64,000 nucleotides of DNA, from assembly GCA_963811305.1 (NCBI GenBank), contig CAWEQU010000005.1:11314-75313 (forward strand). The letters are read 5' to 3'. Source of the stretch: an uncultured Chloroflexia bacterium (GTDB taxonomy: Bacteria > Chloroflexota > Chloroflexia > QHBQ01 > JADMIH01). Under the pieces are notes generated by a model, which searched no databases, was not told the origin of the DNA, and saw nothing but the letters and a program-made list of their open reading frames with translations. Of the stretch, positions 17,168 to 26,290 are shown one piece after another (within the stretch, counting starts at the first letter, position 1; each line of letters starts with the position of its first letter). Made by a program: the position numbers and the translations under genes.

Positions 17168-18550
17168 CTACAGCCTGATACCTTGCTCTTCCAAGAATTG
17201 CCGCGCGAATCGCTCGGCACTATCCTTGTCATCCTTGCCAAGTTCCCCGTCCAGCACCAGACCCAGCAGGTAATCTTTCACCTGACCGATCCAACGGCCC
17301 GGCGTGCCGCCGAATATCGCCATAATCTCGTCACCGTTCAGTGGGCTGGCGAGCTTCTCTACGTCTTCTTGCGCCTTGATTTCCTCGCAACGTTCGTAAA
17401 GGGCCTCCACGCGGGCGAGGGCAGCAGCTACGCGCTGCGGGCGTTGAGAGGTTATGTCGGCGCGGGATAGGGCAAATAATTTCTCTGTAATGGGTGCGGT
17501 CTCACGCAGGAAGCGACGTACCGCGCCGTCACTCCAGCTTCCGTCGTACACCCCTATCCGCAGGTGCTCGGCTACAAGCTGCACTACCATGTCAATCATC
17601 TCCTGGGGCCGCTTGAGGCGCGCCAGGATGTCGCGGGCCATGCGCGCACCCAGCCGCTCGTGCCCAAAGAAATGCACCTCTCCATCGCTCACACCATACG
17701 TGCGAGGCTTGGCTATGTCATGCAGAAGGGCGGCCCACCGGAGCGCAAGGTCAGGCCCGGTGCGGTCCACGACCTTGAGGGTGTGCGGGTAGACATCCTT
17801 ATAATGATGAGGCCCACGCTCCATCTCGTGCATCTCCAGGACTTCCGGCACTATGTAGGTGAGCAGCCCCAGGTTGTCGAGCATATCTATAGCTTCGCCG
17901 GGCCGTTCGGTGACCAACAGACGGTCCATCTCCTCCCCTACCCGCTCACGTGAGACGTTGTCCAGGAGGTATGCGAGTGAGCGAATAGCCTCTTTCGTCT
18001 CCCTCTCTATGAAGAAGCCAAGCTCCGCCGCCAACCGCACTGCTCTCAGAAGTCGCAATGGGTCCTCCCTGAACCTCTCTTCCGGCGAGCCTACGGCACG
18101 AATGAGTTTATGAGTTACGTCAAGCTGACCGTTGTGAGGGTCGTGCAGAGTGCCCGTATGCAGATCGCGGGCGATGGCGTTCACAGTAAAGTCGCGGTGG
18201 GATAAGTCGGTATATAAGGGCGAGAGAGGGTCGGTCGGATCAGATACCTCATCTTGTGAGCGGAATGTAGTGATCTCTAACTTGAAGTCCCCGACGATGG
18301 CGGCGATAGTGCCGAATTTCTCCCCAAGATTGTATATGGCGTCAGCTCCCGCAGCCTCAAGCATAGATTTGATTGCGGCTACGGGTGCGTCGGTAGTGAA
18401 GTCGAGGTCTCGTGTCGGGCGACCAAGGAGGCTATCGCGGACCGTGCCGCCGACCGTGTAGAGTTGGTAGCCCGCCGATGCAGCGCCCTGTGTGAGCCTA
18501 TCGAGGAAGTTGTCCACGTCTGTCAGCAATTCATTGAACAAGCAGAACAT
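17168..18550 (-). CDS. cca: CCA-adding tRNA nucleotidyltransferase / poly(A) polymerase family with HD domain
   Basis: GGTVRDSLLGRPTRDLDFTT head-domain motif, RDFTVNA, and the HD region LLHDIAKP..GHERLG. 460 aa. Confidence 0.85.
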   Translation of the reverse strand: MFCLFNELLTDVDNFLDRLTQGAASAGYQLYTVGGTVRDSLLGRPTRDLDFTTDAPVAAIKSMLEAAGADAIYNLGEKFGTIAAIVGDFKLEITTFRSQDEVSDPTDPLSPLYTDLSHRDFTVNAIARDLHTGTLHDPHNGQLDVTHKLIRAVGSPEERFREDPLRLLRAVRLAAELGFFIERETKEAIRSLAYLLDNVSRERVGEEMDRLLVTERPGEAIDMLDNLGLLTYIVPEVLEMHEMERGPHHYKDVYPHTLKVVDRTGPDLALRWAALLHDIAKPRTYGVSDGEVHFFGHERLGARMARDILARLKRPQEMIDMVVQLVAEHLRIGVYDGSWSDGAVRRFLRETAPITEKLFALSRADITSQRPQRVAAALARVEALYERCEEIKAQEDVEKLASPLNGDEIMAIFGGTPGRWIGQVKDYLLGLVLDGELGKDDKDSAERFARQFLEEQGIRL

Positions 18551-18557
18551 GAGGATT

Positions 18558-18583
18558 GAAACGTGATGCGTGATGCGTGATAT
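18558..18583. repeat. Short heptamer array (AACGTGA, TGCGTGA x2)
   Basis: gaaacgtgatgcgtgatgcgtgatat immediately upstream of cca. Confidence 0.6.
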
Positions 18584-18622
18584 ACGAGATCGGAAAATTT
18601 GCTTTCTATGAAGTCTTTGTGT

Positions 18623-19358
18623 TTAGATGTCTGCATTGCGGGGGCCGAAGATGGCCCGACCCAAGCGAATCATGGTCGCGCCTTCCCGGATGGCGTACTG
18701 GTAGTCGTCACTCATGCCCATACTTCAAGTGGGTCCAATCGCCCAGGTAACTGCCATGGAGATCTTCGAGCATGTTACGCAGCCGGGCGAAGGTGTGGCG
18801 CGCCTCAACCTCCGAGGCGTCCAGTCGAGCTATGGTCATCAGGCCCAAGCCGCGCAAATGCCTGCATCCTGCAACAGCCTCTGCCAGCCTCGGCAATTCG
18901 TTGGGTGATATGCCTGACTTGCTCGCCTCGCCAGTCACATTGACCTCAATCAGCACGGGCAGTGCCACCCCGGTTGCCGCTTTCTCAAGCGCCTCCGCAA
19001 GCTCGACGCGATCTACCGAGTGGATGACATCGAACAGGGAAGTCGCGTCACGCGCTTTGTTGCGCTGCAAGCTCCCAATCATGTGCAGGGTGATACCCTC
19101 TCGCGCCACTTTGTCTCCCGCACTATCCGCACCTGCCGGGGGTATACCTTCTCGTGAAGCAAACTTCGCCATCGCCTCCTGTACTCGGTTCTCCCCAAAA
19201 TGCTGTATACCAGCCGCAACAGCCTCTTGGATACTCCGAACCTGCACAGTCTTGGTCACGGCAATTAGAGTTACATCACCAGGTAAGCGTCCCGACTGCG
19301 CGGCGGCAAGAGCGACCTGCTCCCGAACGATTTCAAGGTTAGCCGAAATGTCATTCAT
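18623..19358 (-). pseudogene. yggS: YggS-family PLP-homeostasis protein, frameshifted at ~18724 (extra A) or sequencing error
   Basis: VTLIAVTKT and HFGENRVQE motifs. The ORF ends ..[11 protein letters not shown], but shifting one nt gives the canonical tail [35 protein letters not shown] (stop 18623-18625). Confidence 0.75.
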
Positions 19359-19440
19359 GCTACGCCAGGATTGGAGCGTCTTAGCTACCGGCCTCAATTG
19401 TCCACAAGAGCTTTGCGGCGCTGTGATAAACCACAAATAA

Positions 19441-19478
19441 CTTGGCGCTCTTTGTTATCTTGGCGTCTTGGCGTTTAA
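19441..19478. repeat. GTCTTGG-type heptamer segment (same unit family as E1/E2)
   Basis: cttggcgctctttgttatcttggcgtcttggcgttt overlaps the last codons of pgeF (..LNAKTPR*). Confidence 0.6.
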
Positions 19479-20319
19479 ATCGTAATCAGCACGCATTCCA
19501 AGCACTGCCCCGAAGAGGCCGCACCTGCCCGCCTCTCCCCTGTGAGAGTAGAAGGTATGCAGGTTATGGGCCGTGCACACCTCCTCTATGGTGATATTCT
19601 CAGCGCGGATTCCGGCTTCCAGGAGGGCGCAGCGTATCGTCGTGGGCAGGTTGAAGTAGGTGAAGTCCATCGCGCTCTTCCAGTAGAGGTGGGTATTCCG
19701 CATCATGGAGTTGGAATGCCTCTCGGACGGCCTCGATCACGTTGCGGCCAACGCTATAGCAGCAAGGGCCGATACCTGGGCCGATTGCGACTACAAGATC
19801 GGCTGGAGACGACCCGAAGTTGTCCACCATCGCTTCCACAACGTTGGCCGCGATACGACCCACTGTGCCTTTCCACCCCGAATGGGCCAGGCCAATCGCC
19901 CTCCTTACCGGGTCATAGAAGAAAATAGGTGGGCAATCGGCGGAGAGCGCCATCAGGTACAGGCCAGGTGTGCCCGTTATCAAGGCATCAACTCCCGGTA
20001 TCGGGGGTAAACTGGGAGGCATAGCGCGCCCCGCGTCACCCCAATCTACCAGCGCAACCTCCGTCCCATGCACCTGCTGGCAGCCGACGATGCTGTCTGG
20101 AGATATACTTAGAGCAGCCGCAAATTTTCGGCGGTTTGCCTGGGCGGTCTCGATGCTTGGGGGGTCCTGAGGAGTGCCCCGCTTCGTGCTGAGGTTCCAA
20201 TCTGCCCCATCCACGGAGCGACGCGTGGAAATGCCATGCAGCAGAGATGGGTATCGCTCCAGCGCGGCGATGCGGTACAGCCCATCGCGCACAGGCAGGT
20301 CCAATAAGCCTACTGCCAT
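19455..20319 (-). pseudogene. pgeF: YfiH/PgeF (DUF152) purine-nucleoside-phosphorylase/peptidoglycan-editing family, frameshifted near 19650-19680 (or sequencing error)
   Basis: DALITGTPGLYLMALSADCPPIFFYDPVRRAIGLAHSGWKGT is the family core. The C-terminal block FNLPTTIRCALLEAGIRAENITIEEVCTAHNLHTFYSHRGEAGRCG lies in the ORF 19455..19706 frame. Confidence 0.75.
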
Positions 20320-20359
20320 GCGGGTCTCAGGTCTGTTCGCAGGGTCCTCATTTTCACCA

Positions 20360-20830
20360 TTATGGGCGCTGCCTGAGCTTGTCGGCAAAATCATCCTCCT
20401 CCGGCTGCTCTTCACTCTCATATGGAGCTTCTTCGGCCATCTCCATATCTGCGCTGTCATCAGCAGGCACACCTGCGTCATTGTTCTCTTCGTCCGGGTA
20501 GTTGCTCACGAAACCCTGCCCCGCGTATGGAGGATAGTAAACTTCAACCGCGTAGGTGGCTGAGATACCTACAGGCTCGCTCACATCGGCGAGGATAGCA
20601 TCTATCAGGTCGTCCAGGGTCTCAGGCGAGCCGGGGCCGTGCGACTGGCGGTAGCCGGTGGCGAACTCCTGCCAGATGAGCAGAGTGCCCACCACCTGGT
20701 CGTCCAGGTAATGCACGTCTATCTTGCCTATGCTCACAGGCTCGTCGTTCTCGTCCCGCGTCTCTCCATCGTAGATAGAGATTTCCTCAGAATAGGGAGT
20801 GCGCGTGCTACGCTTCAGCTTCAGGTTCAT
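20360..20830 (-). CDS. Acidic hypothetical protein (156 aa)
   Basis: ATGA overlap with the upstream spermidine-synthase-fusion gene. Asp/Glu-rich C-terminus. No family recognised. Confidence 0.45.
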   Translation of the reverse strand: MNLKLKRSTRTPYSEEISIYDGETRDENDEPVSIGKIDVHYLDDQVVGTLLIWQEFATGYRQSHGPGSPETLDDLIDAILADVSEPVGISATYAVEVYYPPYAGQGFVSNYPDEENNDAGVPADDSADMEMAEEAPYESEEQPEEDDFADKLRQRP

Positions 20831-22428
20831 TTCGCCTCCTGTCCTACCACTTGCATGATCATCTGGTTGATTACTTCCTCTACCGGGGCCTTGTCGTCGG
20901 TGAAGACCACGCCGCCCGCCTGCGGCTTGACCTCGCGTATGTTGCCGCGCTGGATGCTGGCGTCGAATACTTCCTTCAGGAGCGGGTGCTCGGCGTAGGC
21001 GGCGTTCTGGGTGAAGTTATCCAGGCGGCTCGGCTTGTTGGTGCCGATTACCATGCTGTTAGCGAGGGTGGGCACGTCAATCACGTATACATTCGGGTAG
21101 ACTTGCAACATCGTATTCGCCAGCGCTTCGACCAGGCGTATGTCGTTGGCGGTGCGGCCCGCGTTGATCATCACCGCGCCATCGGGAGTGAGGTGACTCC
21201 TCACCTCCTCAAAGAACTCTTTAGTAGTTAGATGGAAGGGAATATAAGGCTGGCGGTAAGCGTCTATCCCTATGATGGTCCATTTTTTGTCGCGCCCGTC
21301 CGTTTGAAGGTAAGTGCGGCCGTCCTGCACGTGGGTGGTGTTGCTCTCAATACCGTCAAGGTCGAAGTAGCGCCGCCCCACGTCCACTATCTCCGGGTCT
21401 ATCTCCACGCCATCCACCGGAAGCGGGCCATACACCTCGGTGAAGATGTGCGCGGCAGTGCCTGCCGCTGAGCCGATCATCGCCATGCTCTTCATGTCTG
21501 ACGGCCTGAACCCCTCGTTGAAGTAGGGCGCGACCAGCCAGTAGTCCCACGGGCCGCCCGTCAGCACTCGCTGAGGGTCGTAGATAGAATGGACTGCGTG
21601 CCCTTCGTTGAGAGCCAGCTTGATGGCGGTGCCGTCACGTAGCACCTGGATGTAGTTATACGCCAACTCCTTCTCGTAGACGACTTCACCATAAGGCGCG
21701 GGCTTGATAAGGCTGCGTGGGGCTAAGAAGGCGAGTCCGAGGACGATTACCAACAGAACTGAGGAGACGACCACAGGGCGCATCGCCGACACCATCAGCA
21801 ACCCACCTATTGAGAAGACCAGCAATGCCACCGACGCGGTATAGAGGGTAGCCGCAGTGCCGATATAGGGTATGAGAAGAAAGACAGATACGAAGGTGCC
21901 GAGTATGCTCCCCAAAGTGGAGAGTGCCGACACTGCGCCTGCCGTGCCTCCCGCCGAGGATACGGCAGTCGAACGCAGGCGTATGGCGAAGGGCGAAACA
22001 AATCCTAGCAACAAGAGAGGCGCAGAGAAGAGTATTATCACCCCTATCAGAGAGCCATAGAATATGCCAACAGAGTAAGTCTCAAATCCGGTCAGGGACC
22101 ACTGGAGGATGGGCCTAGATATTATGGGGATGAGGCCCACTGAGAAGCCCGCGAGCGCCGTGACGCCGTAAAGGACCGAAGGTCGCGGGTAGCGGTCAGC
22201 CAGTTTCCCACCCAGCCAGTAGCCGAGCGTCAAATAGACCATCACAAGGCCGATGAGGTTCGCCCATATGAAGAGGGAGGTGCCGAAGTACGGCGCGAGG
22301 AGACGTGACGCCGACATCTCCACCGTCATGACCGATGCGCCCCCTATGAAGACGAGAGCGAGCAGCACCAGGCTGGAAGCACGGGCGCGAAGTTGCAGTC
22401 GTTGCCGCCGGGGAAGTAACAGTAGCAT
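20827..22428 (-). CDS. Fused MFS-like membrane domain / spermidine synthase-like aminopropyltransferase
   Basis: N-terminal ~230 aa are polytopic. The C-terminal methyltransferase fold has MIGSAAGTAAHIFTEVYGPLPVDGVEIDPEIVDVGRRYF and IIGIDAY. Confidence 0.8.
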   Translation of the reverse strand: MLLLLPRRQRLQLRARASSLVLLALVFIGGASVMTVEMSASRLLAPYFGTSLFIWANLIGLVMVYLTLGYWLGGKLADRYPRPSVLYGVTALAGFSVGLIPIISRPILQWSLTGFETYSVGIFYGSLIGVIILFSAPLLLLGFVSPFAIRLRSTAVSSAGGTAGAVSALSTLGSILGTFVSVFLLIPYIGTAATLYTASVALLVFSIGGLLMVSAMRPVVVSSVLLVIVLGLAFLAPRSLIKPAPYGEVVYEKELAYNYIQVLRDGTAIKLALNEGHAVHSIYDPQRVLTGGPWDYWLVAPYFNEGFRPSDMKSMAMIGSAAGTAAHIFTEVYGPLPVDGVEIDPEIVDVGRRYFDLDGIESNTTHVQDGRTYLQTDGRDKKWTIIGIDAYRQPYIPFHLTTKEFFEEVRSHLTPDGAVMINAGRTANDIRLVEALANTMLQVYPNVYVIDVPTLANSMVIGTNKPSRLDNFTQNAAYAEHPLLKEVFDASIQRGNIREVKPQAGGVVFTDDKAPVEEVINQMIMQVVGQEAK

Positions 22429-22632
22429 CGGTTTGCGCCGGGGACCGCTCTGTCACCTGGGAAGGGGTATCTACCGTAGTCGCCAAAATTTACTCCTTGT
22501 ACATGCTAAACAGGGCGCGGCCCGCACCCTGCCCAACATTATACCTTTTTCTTTCTTTTTCTTCATGAGTAGAAGGTGGCTTGCGTGAGCGCCCCTAAAC
22601 AAGCTACCCTATGATACTTACAGAAAACTTGC

Positions 22633-23331
22633 TTAGGCCCCACCGACGTTGATGTTCTCCTTATAGCCAACTGCCTCTATAAATGTCTGGAAATCCAAGT
22701 TCCATGGTTCCACAAAACCATCAAGAACGAACGAGATGAAAAGTGCAACGGAACGTGCCTGGCAGTTGAGAGACTTCTGAGGATTGAAGGCTATGTCGGT
22801 GAAGCCATCCCGCTCACGAAGTTGGTCACGGACAGAAGTATCAAGGAGGGAGAGGGCGCGAATATAAAGCCAGTCGTAAAAGGCAGTAGCGGGTTTGGTT
22901 GGAAAGTCTTGATCACCGAAGTGGAAACACACCAAGTGGCTGGCGTTTTGTCGAATACGAGGATCGCGCTTCGCCGTTTTGGGGTCCAGCGTAGCCAATT
23001 CAATGTAAGGGCCACCCTCTATAAATACCTTGGACGATTGGAAGGCACTTTCTAGGGGAATGGGGCCCAGGGTTGGATGCTCGACTTTCAGGTTGAATGC
23101 AGAGAGCCTACGGCCCAGATCCTCAAGGGAGCGAGATGAAATCTCAAGAGGCGCTCCGGCAACAGCCAGGCGCTTGGCAGTTTCATGAAGACTGGAGATA
23201 CTCCGCTGCTGCTGCTTGAGCGCAAAACCAGGGAACCAATCGAATTCTACATCAATGGTGCTTACACGTGGAGCATTAGGGAGAGGGATGAAGATTGGGC
23301 GTTTGGCGCGAGGAGTTTTCTTAATGGGCAT
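22633..23331 (-). CDS. Putative cognate partner (antitoxin candidate) of the DarT-like gene: no macrodomain motifs, core resembles NADAR/YbiA (DUF1768), plus an unassigned ~85-aa N-terminal region
   Basis: ATG 23331 lies 13 nt after the DarT-like stop (an alternative TTG at 23373 overlaps it by 29 nt). By-eye alignment to E. coli YbiA: RLSAFNLKVEHPTLGPIPLESAFQSSKVF vs DFSNFAAWPIKVDGKTWPTSEHYFQAQKF, and LDPKTAKRDPRI vs SSPMVAARMGRD. Coding confidence is high; the functional call is tentative. Confidence 0.5.
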   Translation of the reverse strand: MPIKKTPRAKRPIFIPLPNAPRVSTIDVEFDWFPGFALKQQQRSISSLHETAKRLAVAGAPLEISSRSLEDLGRRLSAFNLKVEHPTLGPIPLESAFQSSKVFIEGGPYIELATLDPKTAKRDPRIRQNASHLVCFHFGDQDFPTKPATAFYDWLYIRALSLLDTSVRDQLRERDGFTDIAFNPQKSLNCQARSVALFISFVLDGFVEPWNLDFQTFIEAVGYKENINVGGA

Positions 23332-23344
23332 GGCAGCTTTTGCC

Positions 23345-24076
23345 TTAGCGTGCTTGGTCAGGTCTAGCACCAAATATTTTAGGATACACCTCGCACTTGA
23401 TGTGGCGTGGCCATGGAAGTGTTCTGGCTATGTTGAACGCATCTTTGGAGTTGAAGTAGATATAATCAACATACTTAAGACTAATAGGGGTTTCGGAAAC
23501 CAGCACTTCGGCTTGGGGGTCCTCAGGAAAGCACTGCCATAAGGGCTTACGAGTATCAGGATCTGGGTAAAGTGACCTGAGGTGGTCCAGTCGCTGGAAT
23601 CGCTGGCCTCTGAGATAAGGAATATGGCCTCGCAGGTCGGCACGTGCGGCATTCCCCGGAAGGAAGATGCAATCGAGTTCCCAAAGTACCGCAGCGTCGA
23701 GGGCAATTACCGCAAAAGTAAGATCATAATAAAGCCCTTTCTTATAGAGCATCTTGTAATTTGTCCATTCGATGCTGCAGCAGATGGCCCACGTTGCACC
23801 GTCGGTTCGCCATACGTCCGTGGGGACGAAGTTACTGTCGCCTAGAGCCGCTACTTGGTCACGACTGAGAATACCGTGCCTGCATATACCTGGCAAATTC
23901 TGCACTGGTGTAAAGTGATAAACAGTGGAGATTGAACGTGACCTGGCGAACTCCTCCATCGCATCTTGCTGAGCTTCTAACTTCGGGGCCTCTACAGGCT
24001 TTCGAAATTCAGCGACCACTTGCTCCAAATACTGACGGAAACGATTTATTTGTTCGTACACAAGGGTCTCCTGCAA
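23345..24076 (-). CDS. darT: DarT-like DNA ADP-ribosyltransferase (DUF4433 family) toxin candidate
   Basis: VYHFTPVQNLPGICRHGILSR (cf. DarT YH-T-NL-SI--GL), FLPGNAA (cf. F-DGNA), and EDPQAEVLVSETPISLKYVDYIYF (the QAE-LV catalytic-Glu motif). The start is uncertain: TTG 24076 or internal ATG 23959 (MEEFARSRSISTVYHFT). Confidence 0.7.
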   Translation of the reverse strand: MQETLVYEQINRFRQYLEQVVAEFRKPVEAPKLEAQQDAMEEFARSRSISTVYHFTPVQNLPGICRHGILSRDQVAALGDSNFVPTDVWRTDGATWAICCSIEWTNYKMLYKKGLYYDLTFAVIALDAAVLWELDCIFLPGNAARADLRGHIPYLRGQRFQRLDHLRSLYPDPDTRKPLWQCFPEDPQAEVLVSETPISLKYVDYIYFNSKDAFNIARTLPWPRHIKCEVYPKIFGARPDQAR

Positions 24077-24283
24077 TAGGGACTGTCAACGCACGCAAGA
24101 AGGAATATGAGAAATGAATTGTACTAAGAAAAGCAGGCTTCTCAGGAATAGAAAAGTTGAACCTGATTGATGAACAATAGCGCGTACTCGAACCACTCAT
24201 ATTTATATACCACCTCGTCGGGAAGATGGCAAGGGCAGACCTCGATGCCAACCACGAGAAGTACTCATCGAGTGGATGGGCAT

Positions 24284-26083
24284 CTACTCTCCGGCAACGA
24301 GGTACGCCTCGAAGAGAGAAGGTCGCTCGATACGCCATTCACTCCAGTGGTTAAGGAGCGGCTCGATGTCAATCTGTGGCGCGCGCAGCACATCGGCAAC
24401 GGAGCGTGCGGCATCGTCCAGGCTCACCTTACCCTGTGAGGTTTCAAGCATAGACGCAAGTATGGAGTGCAAATCGTCCAGCATATGTCGAGAGAGCAGC
24501 CCCACGCCCGCCACATATAAGCACTTCTCGCTATCCAGGAGACGGGCAGAGGAGATAAGCTCAGTGCGCGTGTAGGCTTGCAGGCTTTCGGCGACCTCGC
24601 GCTCTGGTATGAAACCGCGCTCTATAACTGATGCTCGCAGGCTCTCGACCTGGGAGTGGGCGGCGTCCAGTCGTGCTTCACGCTGGCCGTAATGCGTGTC
24701 GAGCAGGGTCAGCATGTCGGTAGCGCGCACGGCATTCTTGTAAGGGGCAATGGGAAAGGGGAGATTGTTGAAGGTGGACATGGCATCGTGCGGCATCGCA
24801 AGTATGAGGGGCGTCGTCTCATCGCTCAAGGAGAGCGCCCTCAGCTTCGCAACCTTCTTCTCCCGATAGCCGGGAGACCAGAACCCTGCTATCTCCATGA
24901 AGACCCGCGTCTCACCTCGCAGGAAGGCGAAGTCGGGTATCAGCACCACTCCTGGCGCAAGCAACGGGTCAGGCTCGCGCTGCAATAGCCAGCCGTGCGT
25001 ATGCCCTTGCCTCTCCAGCGACTTGAACTCCTTGTAGAGACGGGCTTCCACGAGGCTGTCGAAGGTTGGCTCTTCCACTCCTGTTTTATCCTCCTGACCA
25101 TCCAGGGACGACCCGACAGAGTAGGCAGCAGAAGTCTCCGCTACTCTCCCAGGCATAGCACCCTTCTCCCCGTCGGGAGAGTATTCCAGCATGGTGAGTA
25201 TCTCCGAGGTGAGATGGAACTTGTACTCCCGGTCGTGCAGGACCAGGTAGGCGGTAGCAGCCACCCCTGGCGCTTCACCATCGCTCCCGGCCAGCAACGA
25301 GCGCAGCAAGCTCAGGGTGACTTCGGCCAGCCGCCTGCCATACTTGTCGGCGCTACCTGACGCCTGCTCAGGCCCATATAGCACCAGAGAATATCCGACG
25401 TCCTTTGCCTCGATATCCACGTAGACGCCCCGCCGCTTAGCAACAAAGTAAAGCCGCTTGAGAGCATGGCCCGGCAGCTGGCTCACGCGAAACTCGACAC
25501 GCGTTGAATGAGCGACGAGGGTTTGGACTGCACCCCGGTTGTAGAGGCGCATCAGGTCGCGTGGCGTGAATGCCTCACCTGTCCGGGCCAGCACAGTGGA
25601 GGCCTCCGCGTCACGAGCCAGAAGCGCATCTACCAGGTCAGGGTCCGGAGGCAGGCCGCACTCCTGGGCGAAATCTGACAGGAAACGATTTCGCTTACCC
25701 GGGGGAACCGCGCCACCATACTGGGCGTTTGCGGCATCCCAGAGCGCCAGCCGTAGCCCGGTCGGGCTATCAAGCCCCTTTTCGGCTAAAGCAGATGCCT
25801 GTTCTGGAGTAAGTAGAGTATCAAGCGGCAGTGACTCGAATTTATAGCGAGTCAGCAAGCAAGCTTCGACACAACGCCCCAGCCTGTAATCACCCATAAC
25901 CCCTTCGAGGGCGCGCACATCGTACTCACTATGTGGCTTACCTACGTACTCTTCAAATACCGCAATCGCCTGCTCCAACAGCTTCAGCGCAGCACGCCCA
26001 TGCAGCAGCTTAGGAACGACAAGAAGCTCATCGTCTGGGTCTCGCATGGTGCGCCGCTTGAGGTTAGTAAGGGAGAAGAGCAT
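24284..26083 (-). CDS. DUF790 / Bax1-like nuclease (XPB partner)
   Basis: 599 aa. C-terminal restriction-endonuclease-like block VVLIPDFAFLRGETRVFMEIAGFWSPGYREKKVAKL, as I recall for DUF790. It sits downstream of an XPB-type helicase, the conserved XPB-Bax1 arrangement. Confidence 0.65.
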   Translation of the reverse strand: MLFSLTNLKRRTMRDPDDELLVVPKLLHGRAALKLLEQAIAVFEEYVGKPHSEYDVRALEGVMGDYRLGRCVEACLLTRYKFESLPLDTLLTPEQASALAEKGLDSPTGLRLALWDAANAQYGGAVPPGKRNRFLSDFAQECGLPPDPDLVDALLARDAEASTVLARTGEAFTPRDLMRLYNRGAVQTLVAHSTRVEFRVSQLPGHALKRLYFVAKRRGVYVDIEAKDVGYSLVLYGPEQASGSADKYGRRLAEVTLSLLRSLLAGSDGEAPGVAATAYLVLHDREYKFHLTSEILTMLEYSPDGEKGAMPGRVAETSAAYSVGSSLDGQEDKTGVEEPTFDSLVEARLYKEFKSLERQGHTHGWLLQREPDPLLAPGVVLIPDFAFLRGETRVFMEIAGFWSPGYREKKVAKLRALSLSDETTPLILAMPHDAMSTFNNLPFPIAPYKNAVRATDMLTLLDTHYGQREARLDAAHSQVESLRASVIERGFIPEREVAESLQAYTRTELISSARLLDSEKCLYVAGVGLLSRHMLDDLHSILASMLETSQGKVSLDDAARSVADVLRAPQIDIEPLLNHWSEWRIERPSLFEAYLVAGE

Positions 26084-26114
26084 AAGTTATCAATAGACCT
26101 GCAATGTTGTGCCT

Positions 26115-26194
26115 GTCATTCCGAACGTAGTGAGGAATCTCCAAGCTTGGCTGTATGGATAGATCTCTAAATTCCTCACTACGTTCGGAATGAC
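26115..26194. repeat. 80-nt palindromic element, family P copy 3, inserted between the XPB and Bax1-like genes
   Basis: gtcattccgaacgtagtgaggaat..ctccaagcttggctgtatggatagatctctaa..attcctcactacgttcggaatgac. A CTCTGCG x3 heptamer block follows at 26257-26282. Confidence 0.75.
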
Positions 26195-26290
26195 ACGGAG
26201 AGACCCTTTCGTAATTCATCACAAGTATGCCGTATAACCCTAACCCCCAATAACCTCTGCGTCTCTGCGCCTCTGCGGTGAACTATAGGA

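Noticed and set aside
22633-23373. Expected DarG-type macrodomain antitoxin next to the DarT-like gene
   Set aside because: I could not find macrodomain-like motifs (for example the Gly-rich phosphate-binding loops) in the partner ORF or in any frame of the islet. The partner is therefore described as NADAR-like/unknown instead.
24009-24439. ORFs of 109 aa (minus) and 90 aa (plus) in the AT-rich gap upstream of the DarT-like gene, as a possible third component
   Set aside because: They overlap each other and the neighbouring gene ends, have no RBS and no recognisable motif, and have atypical composition. This is most likely promoter/leader DNA of the islet.
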